64,000 nt of DNA from the human T2T-CHM13v2.0 reference genome, Homo sapiens: assembly GCF_009914755.1 (NCBI RefSeq), contig NC_060925.1. One strand, written 5' to 3'. Shown here in pieces: positions 1 to 12,330 of the stretch (positions within the stretch are counted from its first letter, which is position 1; every line of letters begins with the position of its first letter). The notes under the pieces are model-generated. The model saw nothing but the letters and a program-made list of their open reading frames with translations. It did no database searches and was not told where the DNA came from. Both the position numbers and the translations under genes were made by a program.

Positions 1-421
1 CGTCTTGACGGCCAGCTGGCCTGACTCGCTGGATAGACCACCTAGAGCCCCGACTCTGCTGTCTGACCACCCTCCTTAACAAGCTATGGTTCAACAATGT
101 GTAGATTCCAGAGGGACAGGAGATGAGATTATATAAAGTGAGGCCAAAAGGGAGCCCTCATGATCCCACCTGAACCTCCATGGGGGTGTCAGGGACAGGA
201 GAGCCAGCATGTTTGGGATGATGGCAGGAGGCACACGTCCTGTGGAGGCAGAATTCAGCTGAACTGAGTTCACTCAGAGCTGGCCAGGGATGGAAGGGGT
301 AACTTTGGAAAGCAGGGAGTGCGCCATCTCTGCTCAGAGCGGGGTGCCAGCAGAATCCAGGCCATACCTGCCAAAAGGATTGGAGGGTGAGTCTTTGCAG
401 GGTGGGGCGATTGAGCTAGAG

Positions 422-535
422 TCAGTGGTTCCCAAACCTGAGCCTGTTAAAAATCTCAATTTGCAGACTCCACCCTGAGAGCCTGTTATAGTAGGTCCAT
501 GGTGGGACTGGGGAAATCTGTGTTTTTTAAAAAGG
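422..535. mobile_element. MER5-like hAT-Charlie fragment
   Basis: cagtggttcccaaac terminus and gaaatctgtgttttttaaaaag motif typical of MER5A/B. Confidence 0.5.
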
Positions 536-605
536 TACAGTGCAAGGCAGCCGGTCCCAGGCCTGGCACATCCAAAGCATGGATTAGCGAGGTTCCATCT
601 TGTAA

Positions 606-1003
<398 letters not shown>

Positions 1004-2633
1004 GACCCTTCTTTTCTTTAGAAAACAGGTTGGGGGGAGTGTCTGCTTGAAATGAACTGAGATCCCCCTCCCCAGCAATCTCAGAGCTAGAAGGCACCTA
1101 GAAAGAGTTAACTGGCTGTCTCATTTTGCAAATAGAGACACTCACAATGCTCCTGCACACTTTCACTGTCCAAAAAGACTCAGGAGTTAGCAGGGCTTTT
1201 GAGGGCACAGTGGGTGCAGCAATGGCCTTATCATTGCAAGAGGTTGATTTGCAGCACGTGGGGTCATTCATGCTTCTGCTCCCAGTGGCTTAGGTGACTT
1301 CTGCTTTGACACAGAGCCCTGGGAAATCTTTTCAAGCATCCACAAAAGAGGTAACCCGTGTGGGCGAATGAGTGCTGGATGAGGAGACAGGAGACCTGGG
1401 TGGGGCTTTTGAGGGAGATCCGCCCCTGCCCTGTTCCTGTCCCTCCATCCTGCTGCGTGAGGGCTGGGGCTTTGGGGAATAGGAGACAGTGTGCGCTCTC
1501 GGAACCCAGCCCCTAGGCCCTGAGGACTGCCAGTGGAACTGGCCTGAGGCCAAATGAATGTGACCCTCTCACCAGACCAGGGGTCTCTGACCAGCGGCAT
1601 CGAAGGATTAAAGTCCCGTGAGGGCCCTGGCAAGTGTCTTATCACAAAGGGGACATGTCCAGGCTGAAATTGAGACATACTGCCCAGGGGCAGAAGTTCC
1701 GGAGCCTCCCCGGCAAGGGGCTCCCTTCCCTTCTTGGGCATAGATAATGACCTCTGCCGGCCCTGGAACTCCATAGCATCCTTCCCTGAGCCCCCTGGAC
1801 TGTGGCTCCAACCCCAACCAACTTCATTCTCCTTGTCTAGGTCTCTGGGGTGAAACAGCTGTCCCAACTGGGGTCATATTCTGCTTTTACCCCCAAAGAA
1901 GTGAAGTTGGTATCCCAGCATGGTTACTGATCATAGTAGCAGTCATGCCACACCACATTGGTTTGGCAGTTGGCAAAGGCACCTCTACTCCTATTAGTAT
2001 TTGGCCCTCCCTGAGCCCTAAGGGCTTGGAATCATTGTACCCATTTTGCAGACTCAGAGAGGTGAGCCCCGTGGTCAGCAGCAAGGCACAATGTTGGAAC
2101 CAAAACCCTTGGTTTATCCAGATACTAAATTCTCTCCTCCAAGCTGGGCTGCCAGAACAGGCAGGGTCTGGAGCAGATCCTTGCTACTCCAAGTCTGTTC
2201 TGCACTTTAACGAGGTCCCTCCAAGGCTCTGCGTGCCTGCGGATGTTTGAGAAGCACTAGAGGATGACCTCTCATGCCGTCCCCTCCTCCCAGCTCTCAG
2301 ATGCTCCATAAGCTCCCTGCGATGACTCAAAGTAAACACCCTGAACAGCAGAGGACAGAGAAAGGAAGGGGCCTGGGAGGGAACCCCAAATCCTTCCGAG
2401 GCCCAGAGGAAGAGGCAGGAGAGCAAGGGAGGTGGCTGCGTTTCTGTACTCAGCCAACACCCAGCTAGACCAGGGTATGGGCCTGGCACCCTGGCATGAC
2501 AGCTCAACCCTGGGCACATCAAGCTCCTGGGCTGATTTGGCAGGTGAATCTAGCAGGGAGGTATGCAGTGGGCAAGGAAGTGGTCAGAGAGACAGACAGA
2601 CAGACCCAGAGAGAGCTGGGGTATGAGGTGCTG

Positions 2634-2732
2634 ATGGAGAGAAGGGAGGTGTGTGTGGATGGACCCATGGAGAGAGGGGAGGTGGGCGCAGACGGACCCA
2701 TGGAAAGAAGGGAGGTGGGTGTGGATGGACCC
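2634..2732. repeat. 3 x 33-bp G-rich minisatellite
   Basis: Units ATGGAGAGAAGGGAGGTGTGTGTGGATGGACCC at 2634-2666, 2667-2699 and 2700-2732, with few substitutions. Confidence 0.9.
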
Positions 2733-4029
2733 ACTGAAGCATCAAGGAAAAGGAGGGATGGAGAGTGGTGGAGACTGGGGGGAGAGAGAGAGAGAGAGAG
2801 GTAGAGAGACACCCAGAGACCAAGAGACAGAAACAGGAGCAAGAAAACCTAGGGCAGAGCAATGCGGAGGCAGGGGCATATACAGGGGTGGGGCCAGGAG
2901 AGGAAGAGACACAGGGAGAGAGATAAATCAAGAAGGCCAGGGATGATGGAGGGGGGACCCAGAGCTGGAGGGAGGAAGGTGCAGAGAGAGGGCTTGAGGG
3001 CTCGGAGGAGAGGGACACAGACAGCTCTGCCATCAGAGGAACCCGAATTTGAATTCCAGGCCCACCACCTGCTCCCCCATGTTGGTCCACGGGAGCAGCA
3101 GCAGCAGGCAGGTCCCTTTCTCTCCCAGCCTAGTGACCTGCCAGAGCCAGCTTCTCTCCACACTCCCTCCAGCCTCTTCTCCCACTCCCAGTCCAGGTGT
3201 CTGTGGCGAGGACCTTTTCCCATGCACAGGGGGCTGCCCGGGCCTGAACCCCAGATGCCCTGGCCTCCCAGTGCAGCGGTGGTGGGTCCCAGAGCCCTCA
3301 GAGCCCAGGGTGAGAAGTCCTGCCCTTTTGCCGAGTGTTTTCCTTTAGTTCCAGATGCCACCCTGACAGGTGCTACCCTGTGATTAATGTCCCCACCCCC
3401 AAGGCCTGGGACCAGCCCCTCCTCCCCAAGCCAGAGGTGGCGGTGGGTGTGCAGCGCAGGGACTGAGCTTCCCGAATCCCTTCCTGGTTCCTCCCTCTCC
3501 CTGGACCCCCTCCAGCCACCAGGAGCAGAGAGCAGACCCCTCCTCAAAGACACTCTCAGATAAGCCACATGGCCGTGACTGAGTTTCCCTTTAAGCCTCA
3601 GTTTCCCTGGCTCTCTGAAGGTGGCAATAGTCCTGCTGCTGTGCTCAGGAGGCTGTGCCAGCAGAAAGCCCGGAGCTCCCTGGGGCAAAGCAGAGAGGCT
3701 GCTGGGGGCCTCTGGGGAGCCCCACACACTCTTGATACCAGAGCCACTCATGGTGGTGGATGTGGGGATAAAAAGAACCATTTCTGCTCCGTCAGTGATG
3801 CGGGGAGGAGAAGCTGGCAGTTGTCGGACCATGTCTGGAAACACACAGGCTTCAGCAACTTGAAGGCCCTGTGCAGAGTGGCAGAGAAGCAGACCATGGT
3901 TACTTCAAAGAGAGTCATAACTAGGGACATTGCATGGTTTGGGGGACTGCTGTCAGAGATGGGGATCAAGGTTGGAGTTAGAATTGGTCGTGTTAAATTG
4001 GAGAGTATTATCTAAGTTGGTGGCAATGG

Positions 4030-4200
4030 TTACCAGCTGTGTGATCTTGGGCAAGTCACTTGACCTCTCTGTGCCTCCATTTGCTCATCTATCAAATGTG
4101 GATGACACAGGGTTAGACCTGCTTCCCAGGGCTGTTGTGAGGAGTAAATGGGTTAACTCACTGAAATGCTTAGAATACTACCTGAGATGGAGACAGCATT
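4030..4200 (+). mobile_element. MIR
   Basis: agctgtgtgatcttgggcaagtcacttgacctctctgtgcctc...catct core. Confidence 0.85.
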
Positions 4201-7200
4201 ACAGAAATATTAGCTTAGGATTATGGGTGGCTGACCTTGGAAGTGTGGTCAGCACCAGGGTCATGGAGTGGGGTCGTAATCAGAGCGGGGGGCCCAGGTT
4301 GGAGTTGGGGTGCATGCAGTATAGGATAAGGCGGGGACTCCATTTGCCCAACCCCTTCCCCATATAACCCGAGGCATCGCCTTTCCAGCCTGCATCGCCA
4401 GCGAGAAAGCTACTATCTCCTCCCGCATCTCTTAGGGCCTGGGGACTGAAACGAGACAACATCTCTCCACCACCGTCCCCAGCCTCTTGTTTGTTTGGTA
4501 CGTCAATGCCGTGGGCATGTTTTTGCTAATTTCGTAGCTGCCTTTATCAAATGGGGATTCACAGGCGCTTTATCCTCGATAAGTGGATTAGTCTTTGAGC
4601 TAAACAAGAAGGTGTGGGACGCGGGGGGCTGCTCCGGAGAAGATATTTGTTTTGTAAAGAATGGAGCCTGCGTTCCCTGCCCTGTGTGGGTGAGGCGGCA
4701 GGGCGTCGACATAGCTGGAAGGGCTGTCTCTGTTCCTTCTCCCAGGGCCCCAGAAGCCCTAACTCGTGGGAACTTTCTACAGTGCCAGCAGGGAGCAGGA
4801 GGGAGGCTGGATCTCTGGAGAAAGAGCTCCTGGGTCCATCTCGTGAGGGGAGAGTGAAACTCCAAATCAGACCTGGGTAAATAGGTATACCGGGGCTCAT
4901 TTTGAGTTGTGTCACCTCCTTGGGTTGCAGCTTTTTCCTCTCCATCTTCTGTCTGCATCCACCTTTCCTTTCCTTCCTACCCTTCACCTCCTTTATTTGT
5001 CTCCTTTCCTCATCCCTCAAACCCCTCCAAGGGCCTTTTGCTAAGAACTGCACATTCAGGCACCAATAAGACATTGTTTCTGCTCTTGCAGACTTCATAG
5101 TCCAGTTGGACAAAACCAAGACAACAAATTAATGGGCCCCCAAATGTGGCAGCAAGAGGCGAATCTGGTTGGAAACCCTAGAATGCTTCCAGCTGCTTCC
5201 TTAGCCTTGATGCTCTCTAAGGAATGGCCATCTGCTGCTCACAGGGCTTCTCAAGCTTCTCAAGCTTCTCTTCAAACACCCGGGATAATAGTTGAGTATG
5301 TTCCCCCCGAGGCCCTGGGGGTGGGGTGTAATATAGAGTTTAATGTATTCTCTTTGAGATGCATTCTTTGCCACTACGGAGCCATATATGTTGGGTCATA
5401 ATAATGGAATAAGTTGGCATCGTGTCAAGTTGACTCCTCTCCAGGAAGTTGCGCCATGTTTAGCTTGTGGCTTTCCATGGCACATGAAGGACAGCCGAAT
5501 ATGGGCACTGAGAGGGAAATCGAAGATGATTGGGATGTCTGAAGTCTGAGTGACCAAGAAGGTGAGGTATCGTAGACAGAAACAGGGAATGCAGGAGGAG
5601 GACCTGGGTCAGAGCTAGCTCTTTGTAGGTCAAGACCAGGAGATAGCCACAAACGTGTCCAGGACAGAGGTTGGGGCAAAGATGTGGATTTCAGAGACAT
5701 CTCTCTGCAGAGACCTGGAGGTGGAATAAGATGCACAGGGAGAGAAGAGAGAAAGGCTGGGAGGTTTCATTGCACCCATGGCGGGGGGACCCAAATGCTT
5801 TCTTTTTCCCTTCCATTTTTAATATGCATAGCCAGGATCTTGAGGTCCTTGCTCTGTGTTGCAGCAAGAGCCTGGCTGAGGGGGAGAGAGGGAGCAGAGA
5901 CTCTAAGAAGGAAAGAAAAGAGTGGAGCAGAGCATTCCGGTCCCCAGCTGGTCTTTAGCAGCGTCTGTCCTCCCCAAGCTGCCTCCAGCTGAGTGTGATT
6001 TTGCTATTTATTTACATGTAATTATTGCTATGAGGTGCAGATATTAACGCTGTCAAGAGCAATTTGCTCTGACATTTTTCACTCGCTCAGTGCCCCCGCC
6101 ACTCTCAATGGGGCCCAGGGTTCTCCCGGCTCAGGCCGCTGCGTGCTCGGTGGGCCGGCCGGGAACCACCCAGCCGGCAAGGAGTGGCGTCAGCGGGCTC
6201 ACCCGGCTCCTCTGCAAACTCATTAAGCTTCGAAATTGAATTTGGTCCGGGAGAGGGCTGGCTGGGCCCCACTCCACCAGTCGAGGCTGGCTCAAGGCCT
6301 CCCTGCTCTGTCTTCCACAGAGAAAACTGGGCAGGGCCAAGCTCACTGGGGCACAGGCCAGTGGCTAAGGCTGGCAGCAGGCTGCAGAGGCAGCTGGTGA
6401 AGGCAGTGGAGGGTCATGGTCAGAGAGGTGAGATGTACACAGCCACCATCAGCAGAGCCCCAACACGGCCAAGGCACGCTGCGGGCATGGTAGCTCAAAC
6501 CCTCTCTGTCTGCTCCATTACCAGGTCACCCAGAAAACCAATCCGTAACTTCGAGGGACAGCACTGCAATTGACAGGTGCACCCACCTAACTAACAGACT
6601 GTCCTATGAAGCCAGTCAAACACCTTAGTCATCCTGCAGAGGATGGTACTATGGAGGTAGGAAGAGGTGCTGAGCTGGCCCTGCAGCAAGGCCCCTGGGT
6701 GGATGCTAGAAACAGAACCGACTCTATTTACAACTTTTGAGTTCAAATCCAACCCCCAGTGCTTACTAATTGTGGAGACTGGGGCAAATTATTTAGCTTT
6801 CTAGAGCCTCCGTTTCCTGATCTTGAAAATGGAACAGGCATTTTTCATTATATTTCATATTTCATTGAATCTAAGACATCTGATCCTGGCCCTCCCTTGA
6901 TCCTATCAGAAGATGGGAACAAAAGCTTTCCACACAGCTACGCAGCCACATAGCCACAGCAAGGCACTGACGAAGGCAATACACATCCTCATTTCAGAGA
7001 AGTGAAAATGCATGTCTTCGACCTGCTGTGGGGAGGAGGGGCTGGCAGTCCGCCTGCACAAAGTAGGTGATGGGCACATAGTAGGTGCTTAAGGCTATGA
7101 TCCTTTGCCCATGTGAGCTTCTCTATAACCAGGGGCCATTTTACAAATGGGGAAACTGAGGCTTATTTATTAATTCATTCCACTGAAGGGATTTTGTTCC

Positions 7201-8014
7201 TGGGAGGGGGCAAGCCGGGCCTGAGCTATCACGGCCCTGAGTCCTTAACACGTTGTGATATGTGCCAGCTTGTCTGCCCAGGTACTAACAAGGCCTCCCT
7301 GCCACCGCTCAGTCCCTGCCAGAGCCAATCTGCATCCTCGTCTCCACCAATTACAGAGGTGGAGACGCCCCCCCCCCCCAACCAACACCGCCAGGCCAGG
7401 GGGGCCTGAGAGCCCAGACGTCCTCCTTTTCCAACCTGGGCGGGGGACCAGAGTCAAGGAGGCCCTCCTCCCTCCCCTCTCCTTCCTCCCGCCTGCCCCT
7501 CCTCCCCTCAGCTCGGCCAATTAGGCCCCTGACACCTGGAGCCGCTGACAAACTGTTTCTGTCACTTGCTCTCTGTCTTTCATTAGGGCCGCAGAAGAGG
7601 GGAAGCAGGGAAGGGAGGGGGAGGAGATGGGATCTTTCATGCTTAGTAAGGCCAGATACATTAATTACAAAACGGCCATTTGCCGCGTGAAAGTGTGCTA
7701 ATTAAATTTATGCAATCATTATCTTTAAATAGTCATATCTTTTCCAGCGATCGGCCCCTTCCCCCCGAGCCTCGCCGCTCCGAGCAGAGTCACTCTAATC
7801 CCTCGTCCACCATTTATCGAGCCATCAGAGATGGTTTCAGAATCTCACTACACCGTTAGCACCAGGACCCACCAGGGGCCCTGAGCCCTTGGACCCATCC
7901 TGGCGTGGGCACCTTCAGACTCAGGCCAACCCAAGGATCTGCCCTGGGATGAGGGGCAAAGCCTCCATCTGGTGTTTCCAGATATTTCTAGATGTTTCCA
8001 GAAATTTGGAGATT

Positions 8015-8201
8015 GACATCTTGTAAAACAGACATTGGAAGAGTGTGTGTGTGTGTGTGCGCGCGCGCGTGCGCGCGTGTGTGTGCGTGTGTTTGTGTGT
8101 GTGTGTGTCTTTGACTTCTTGGACAATAAGTGGAATGCCATTCTGTTCCTCCCTCCGCCCCCACCTCACCTCTAGACATCTTATAAAACAGACATTGGAA
8201 G

Positions 8202-8243
<42 letters not shown>

Positions 8244-8312
8244 TTTGACTTCTTGGACAATGAGTGGAAAGCCATTCTGTTCCTCCCTCCACCCCCACCT
8301 CACCTCTAGACA
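8015..8312. repeat. Local tandem duplication (160 + 134 bp), each copy carrying a (TG)n microsatellite
   Basis: Copy 1 8015-8174 and copy 2 8175-8308 share near-identical flanks (gacatcttRtaaaacagacattggaagag ... ctttgacttcttggacaat...cacctcta). Confidence 0.95.
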
Positions 8313-8571
8313 GTCCTTAACTAAAAGCCTCCAAGGACCCCTGGAATGGGGAGGGGGCACTTAGAAACCCATTGGGTTGGAGGATGTTTGCAATATGTCC
8401 CCTCAATTTATTCTTTTCCTCCAACCAACTCTGTGCTAGATCCTGTGCTCAGGATAAAAAGATAAATTCATTTCTTCATTCATGAATTCCTCACTTAGCA
8501 AATGTTTATTGGGTGCCTTCTGTGTCCCAGGCACTGGGAATAAGACGCCAAGTCTGTCCCCAGGCAGCTCC

Positions 8572-8619
8572 TGGCCAAATCCAGGCACGTCATGGCCAAA
8601 TCCAGGCACGTCATGGCCA
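8572..8619. repeat. 21-bp tandem duplication
   Basis: TGGCCAAATCCAGGCACGTCA x2 plus TGGCCA. Confidence 0.95.
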
Positions 8620-9061
8620 CAAGAAAACAACAAACAGGGTGAGGCTCAGTCTGTTCCCAGGCAGAGGGTTGGGCCTTAGTGGGACTGAAAGTTTCCACGG
8701 GGTAAGGCTTGAACACAGGGACCTCACAGCCTCTTTTGGCTGCACCTCCCAGGGTCTCTCCCTCACACACCAGAAGGTTCTTACCAAAGTCTCAGCTGGA
8801 TGTCTTCTGCTGCAGTTTCACAAATTATCCCCTCTGCTTTCCTCTTCACTCAGACAGAGCCGGCCTCATGAGTCTTTCCAAGTCTGTATATCAAGCTGCA
8901 CGTGGGAGGAGAAGAGACCCCACCAGGGTTGTGGGTGGCTAGCCCCCACCCTGGTCAGAGATGGCAGTCAATGACCCGGTGTTCACCACGTATCCTCTGA
9001 GCTTCCAAGGTCCCCGAGCTTCAGCCTGTACTCTGGGTTGGGGCACACAGGATCTGTGCCC

Positions 9062-9436
9062 TATACATGTGCAGTGCTCACATGCACACACACCATGCAC
9101 ACACAGTAGTAGATACTGCATGCACATGCAATACTTATGCACACACAATACTCACAGAAACACATAAAAAATTCACACATATACACACAAATACTTGCAC
9201 ATGCACACACAGATTCTACACATGCACATACAATACTCCCATGCACATATAACACACAGGCACATACAAAGACACAATGCTCACACATCACACAAGGACT
9301 TAGAAGCATGCATACAACACACACACACAGTACTTCCATGTGCACAAGCATGCATGAACACACAGTACTCACACATGCACACACAGTATTCACACATGCA
9401 CACACTCTCTCATCCTCTCTCTCTCTCTCTCTCTCT

Positions 9437-9470
<34 letters not shown>
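9062..9470. repeat. CA-rich low-complexity tract ending in (TC)n(CA)n
   Basis: Degenerate CACA/CATG repeats; pure (TC)n at about 9415-9437 and (CA)n at about 9441-9469. Confidence 0.9.
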
Positions 9471-9474
<4 letters not shown>

Positions 9475-10383
9475 TAACACTCAGGTAATAAATGACCCTG
9501 AGCCACCTATGGTAAATGAAGGCCACAGCCAGGCACAAGGCGATCACCTTCTAGCATCAGACCAGAAGTCGAGAGTCAAGGGTCCTTGCCCCAGTCCTGT
9601 CACTCATCCCCCAGGTGATTCTGGGTGAGCCGCTAAGCCTCAGTTTTCTCATCTGAAAAATGGGGTCACAGTACTTCCTAGAGTCATGATGAGGCTTAAA
9701 GGGAAATACTTCACAAACTGTAAAGTGCTGTGCTTGTGCAAGAGAATGCCATCAGCCAGGCTTAGAAAAGCGTTCATGGAGGGCTTCGAGGGTGACAAAT
9801 GAGAGGGAACCAGGAGTCAGGGGGCTGGGTCGGGAGAGGGAAGGGAACCTTCTTGCCCACACGGCAGGTGCAGGGCTTCGGTGTGGGATGCTGGTAGTGG
9901 AGGGGGTTGGGTGTGGAGGCCATAAGCAGAGATGGAAACTGAAGTGGGGGACAGGGAGACCTGCAGGAAATCTTGTTTGGAAGCTCCAAGTCAGCACCCG
10001 AAGCCTATTACCGCTGTCCACAGGGGGAAAGGAGGGGGAGGGTCCAGATCCTCTTAGTGGAGTATTGAGAGGAAGAGGGGGTGAGGGTGGGCAGCTGCCC
10101 GGGTGGGTAATTTCTGGCTTGCACTAATCCCAGTGTGGGGCTGGGAACAGGCAGCCGCCAGTAGGGGCATGCGTGTGTCTGGGTGTCCCCTGGGGGCTGG
10201 AGGAGGGTGAAGGGCGCACAGGTTTGCGTGAGTGAGCTGACGAAGGCGGAGTTGTGGGGTGGCAGTGTGTGGGTGCGTGAGGGTCTGTGTACCTCTTTGT
10301 GTGCACATCGGGGAGGCCGGTGGATCTGTGGCCAGCGGGATGGGTGCCTGCGGGTTTTCATGGATGTCGTTCTCTGTCTGTTC

Positions 10384-10485
10384 GTGTTGGCGTGTCTGTA
10401 ATGTGTGTGTCTTCCTGCACGGGTGTCTGGGTGTGTGTTGGTGCGTCTGTAATGTGTGTGTCTTCCTGCATCGGTGTCTGGGTGT
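10384..10485. repeat. 2 x 51-bp GT-rich tandem repeat
   Basis: gtgttgg...gtctgtaatgtgtgtgtcttcctgca..ggtgtctgggtgt occurs twice. Confidence 0.85.
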
Positions 10486-10559
10486 TTTTTGTGTGCATCC
10501 CATATCTTCGCCTGTATGAGTATGGATGTGTCATGGTATTACGCGTGTGTAGCAATTCA

Positions 10560-11108
<549 letters not shown>

Positions 11109-12159
11109 TTAGGAACCAAGGCAAGTTGTGAGCTGGGCTGCCACAGGTCATCTCCCAGCCTGGGGACAGTTCTTGGTCCATAGGGACACTTTCATGCAAT
11201 TCAGACAAAGCATTCTATTCCTGGCAAGCTGTGTTCTGACAATGGGAACAGAGGGCTCTGAAAATATCTCCTCTTCTCACCTCTTGGGGAAGTCAAAACG
11301 GTGAGCCAGGGCTGGAGGTGGACCTGAGGCTTGGAGATGAAAGTGCTCTGTGTGTCAAGCCAGCAGATCCTTTTGGAACCACACCCAAGACAGGGGGCAG
11401 GAGGGAGTGGCAGTAATCCCTGGGGTGCCAAGTCACTCTCCCTCTTTCAGCCTCAGTTTCCCCATCTGTGAACATGCAGCAAACTCCAAGTTGCCTCCCA
11501 AGTTTCATGTGCATATTTGGGTGTATTTACATGCAAGTGTGTGCATGTGTAAGTGTATTGGATGAGTTTAGGAAAGTGGGAGTGCAAATGGGAAAAACTA
11601 TCCTGCCCGTTAACTGGGGCTCTGATGAAAGGCTATTTGGCGATTGGGACCAGAGATATTTTCAATGGACTCATCGTCCTGGATTCAGTTGTGTGTCCTG
11701 CAGAGTGTGGTGTGGGCTGCCCTGTGCAGTGTGTGTGTTGTGGAGTTGTGTGGATTCCAGGCCTTGCTCAGCTGAGACTGGGAGACTCCAAGGATTTGTA
11801 CTTTGATGGTTCCTTCTTCCTATAGGAGAGCACACTCAGGCCAGAGTGGGGTGCAACTTGTCAAAGCCTCACACTCCTGCTCCCTTTCCAGTGTGCAGGC
11901 CCCAGCTTCTGCGTGGGGACAGAACAGTTCTAAGGGGGCAGAGCAATGTTTCATTCAGAAAGAACCCACTGGGTGTTGGCCCCCATGGGAGAAAAAGATG
12001 AAAAACTGCACAGCCCCTGACTGAGAGCTGTTCCCAGAGTCTGCTTCCAAGTGCTCATTTCCATCTCAGGCAAGGTCCCTGAGCCACCTGCCTCTTCCCT
12101 TCTAATCCAGGCAGAAGAGGTGTCGGGGAGGTGAAAAAGGAAGGGGAAGGGGACAGCTG

Positions 12160-12330
12160 ATATTTACTGGGAACTAACAATGCACCAGGCATGGCACATC
12201 CAGTGTACATTTACTCACTTAATCCTTACAATAACTCTCTAGGTAGCTACAATTATCATCATACCTATTTTATAGATGAGAAAACCGAGGCACAGAAGGT
12301 TAAAGAAATTGCTCAGAGTCGCAGTTAGTC
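12160..12330 (-). mobile_element. MIR
   Basis: ttaatccttacaataac...attttatagatgagaaaaccgaggcacaga core. Confidence 0.85.

Noticed and set aside
2634-2732. Repeat arrays as CRISPR-like structures
   Set aside because: Eukaryotic DNA; units are contiguous with no unique spacers.
2849-3844. 331-aa minus-strand ORF and overlapping 150-200 aa ORFs at 1268-1867 and 2862-3383
   Set aside because: GC-rich intronic sequence with few stops, low-complexity G/P/R/S translation, no recognisable domain and no exon structure.
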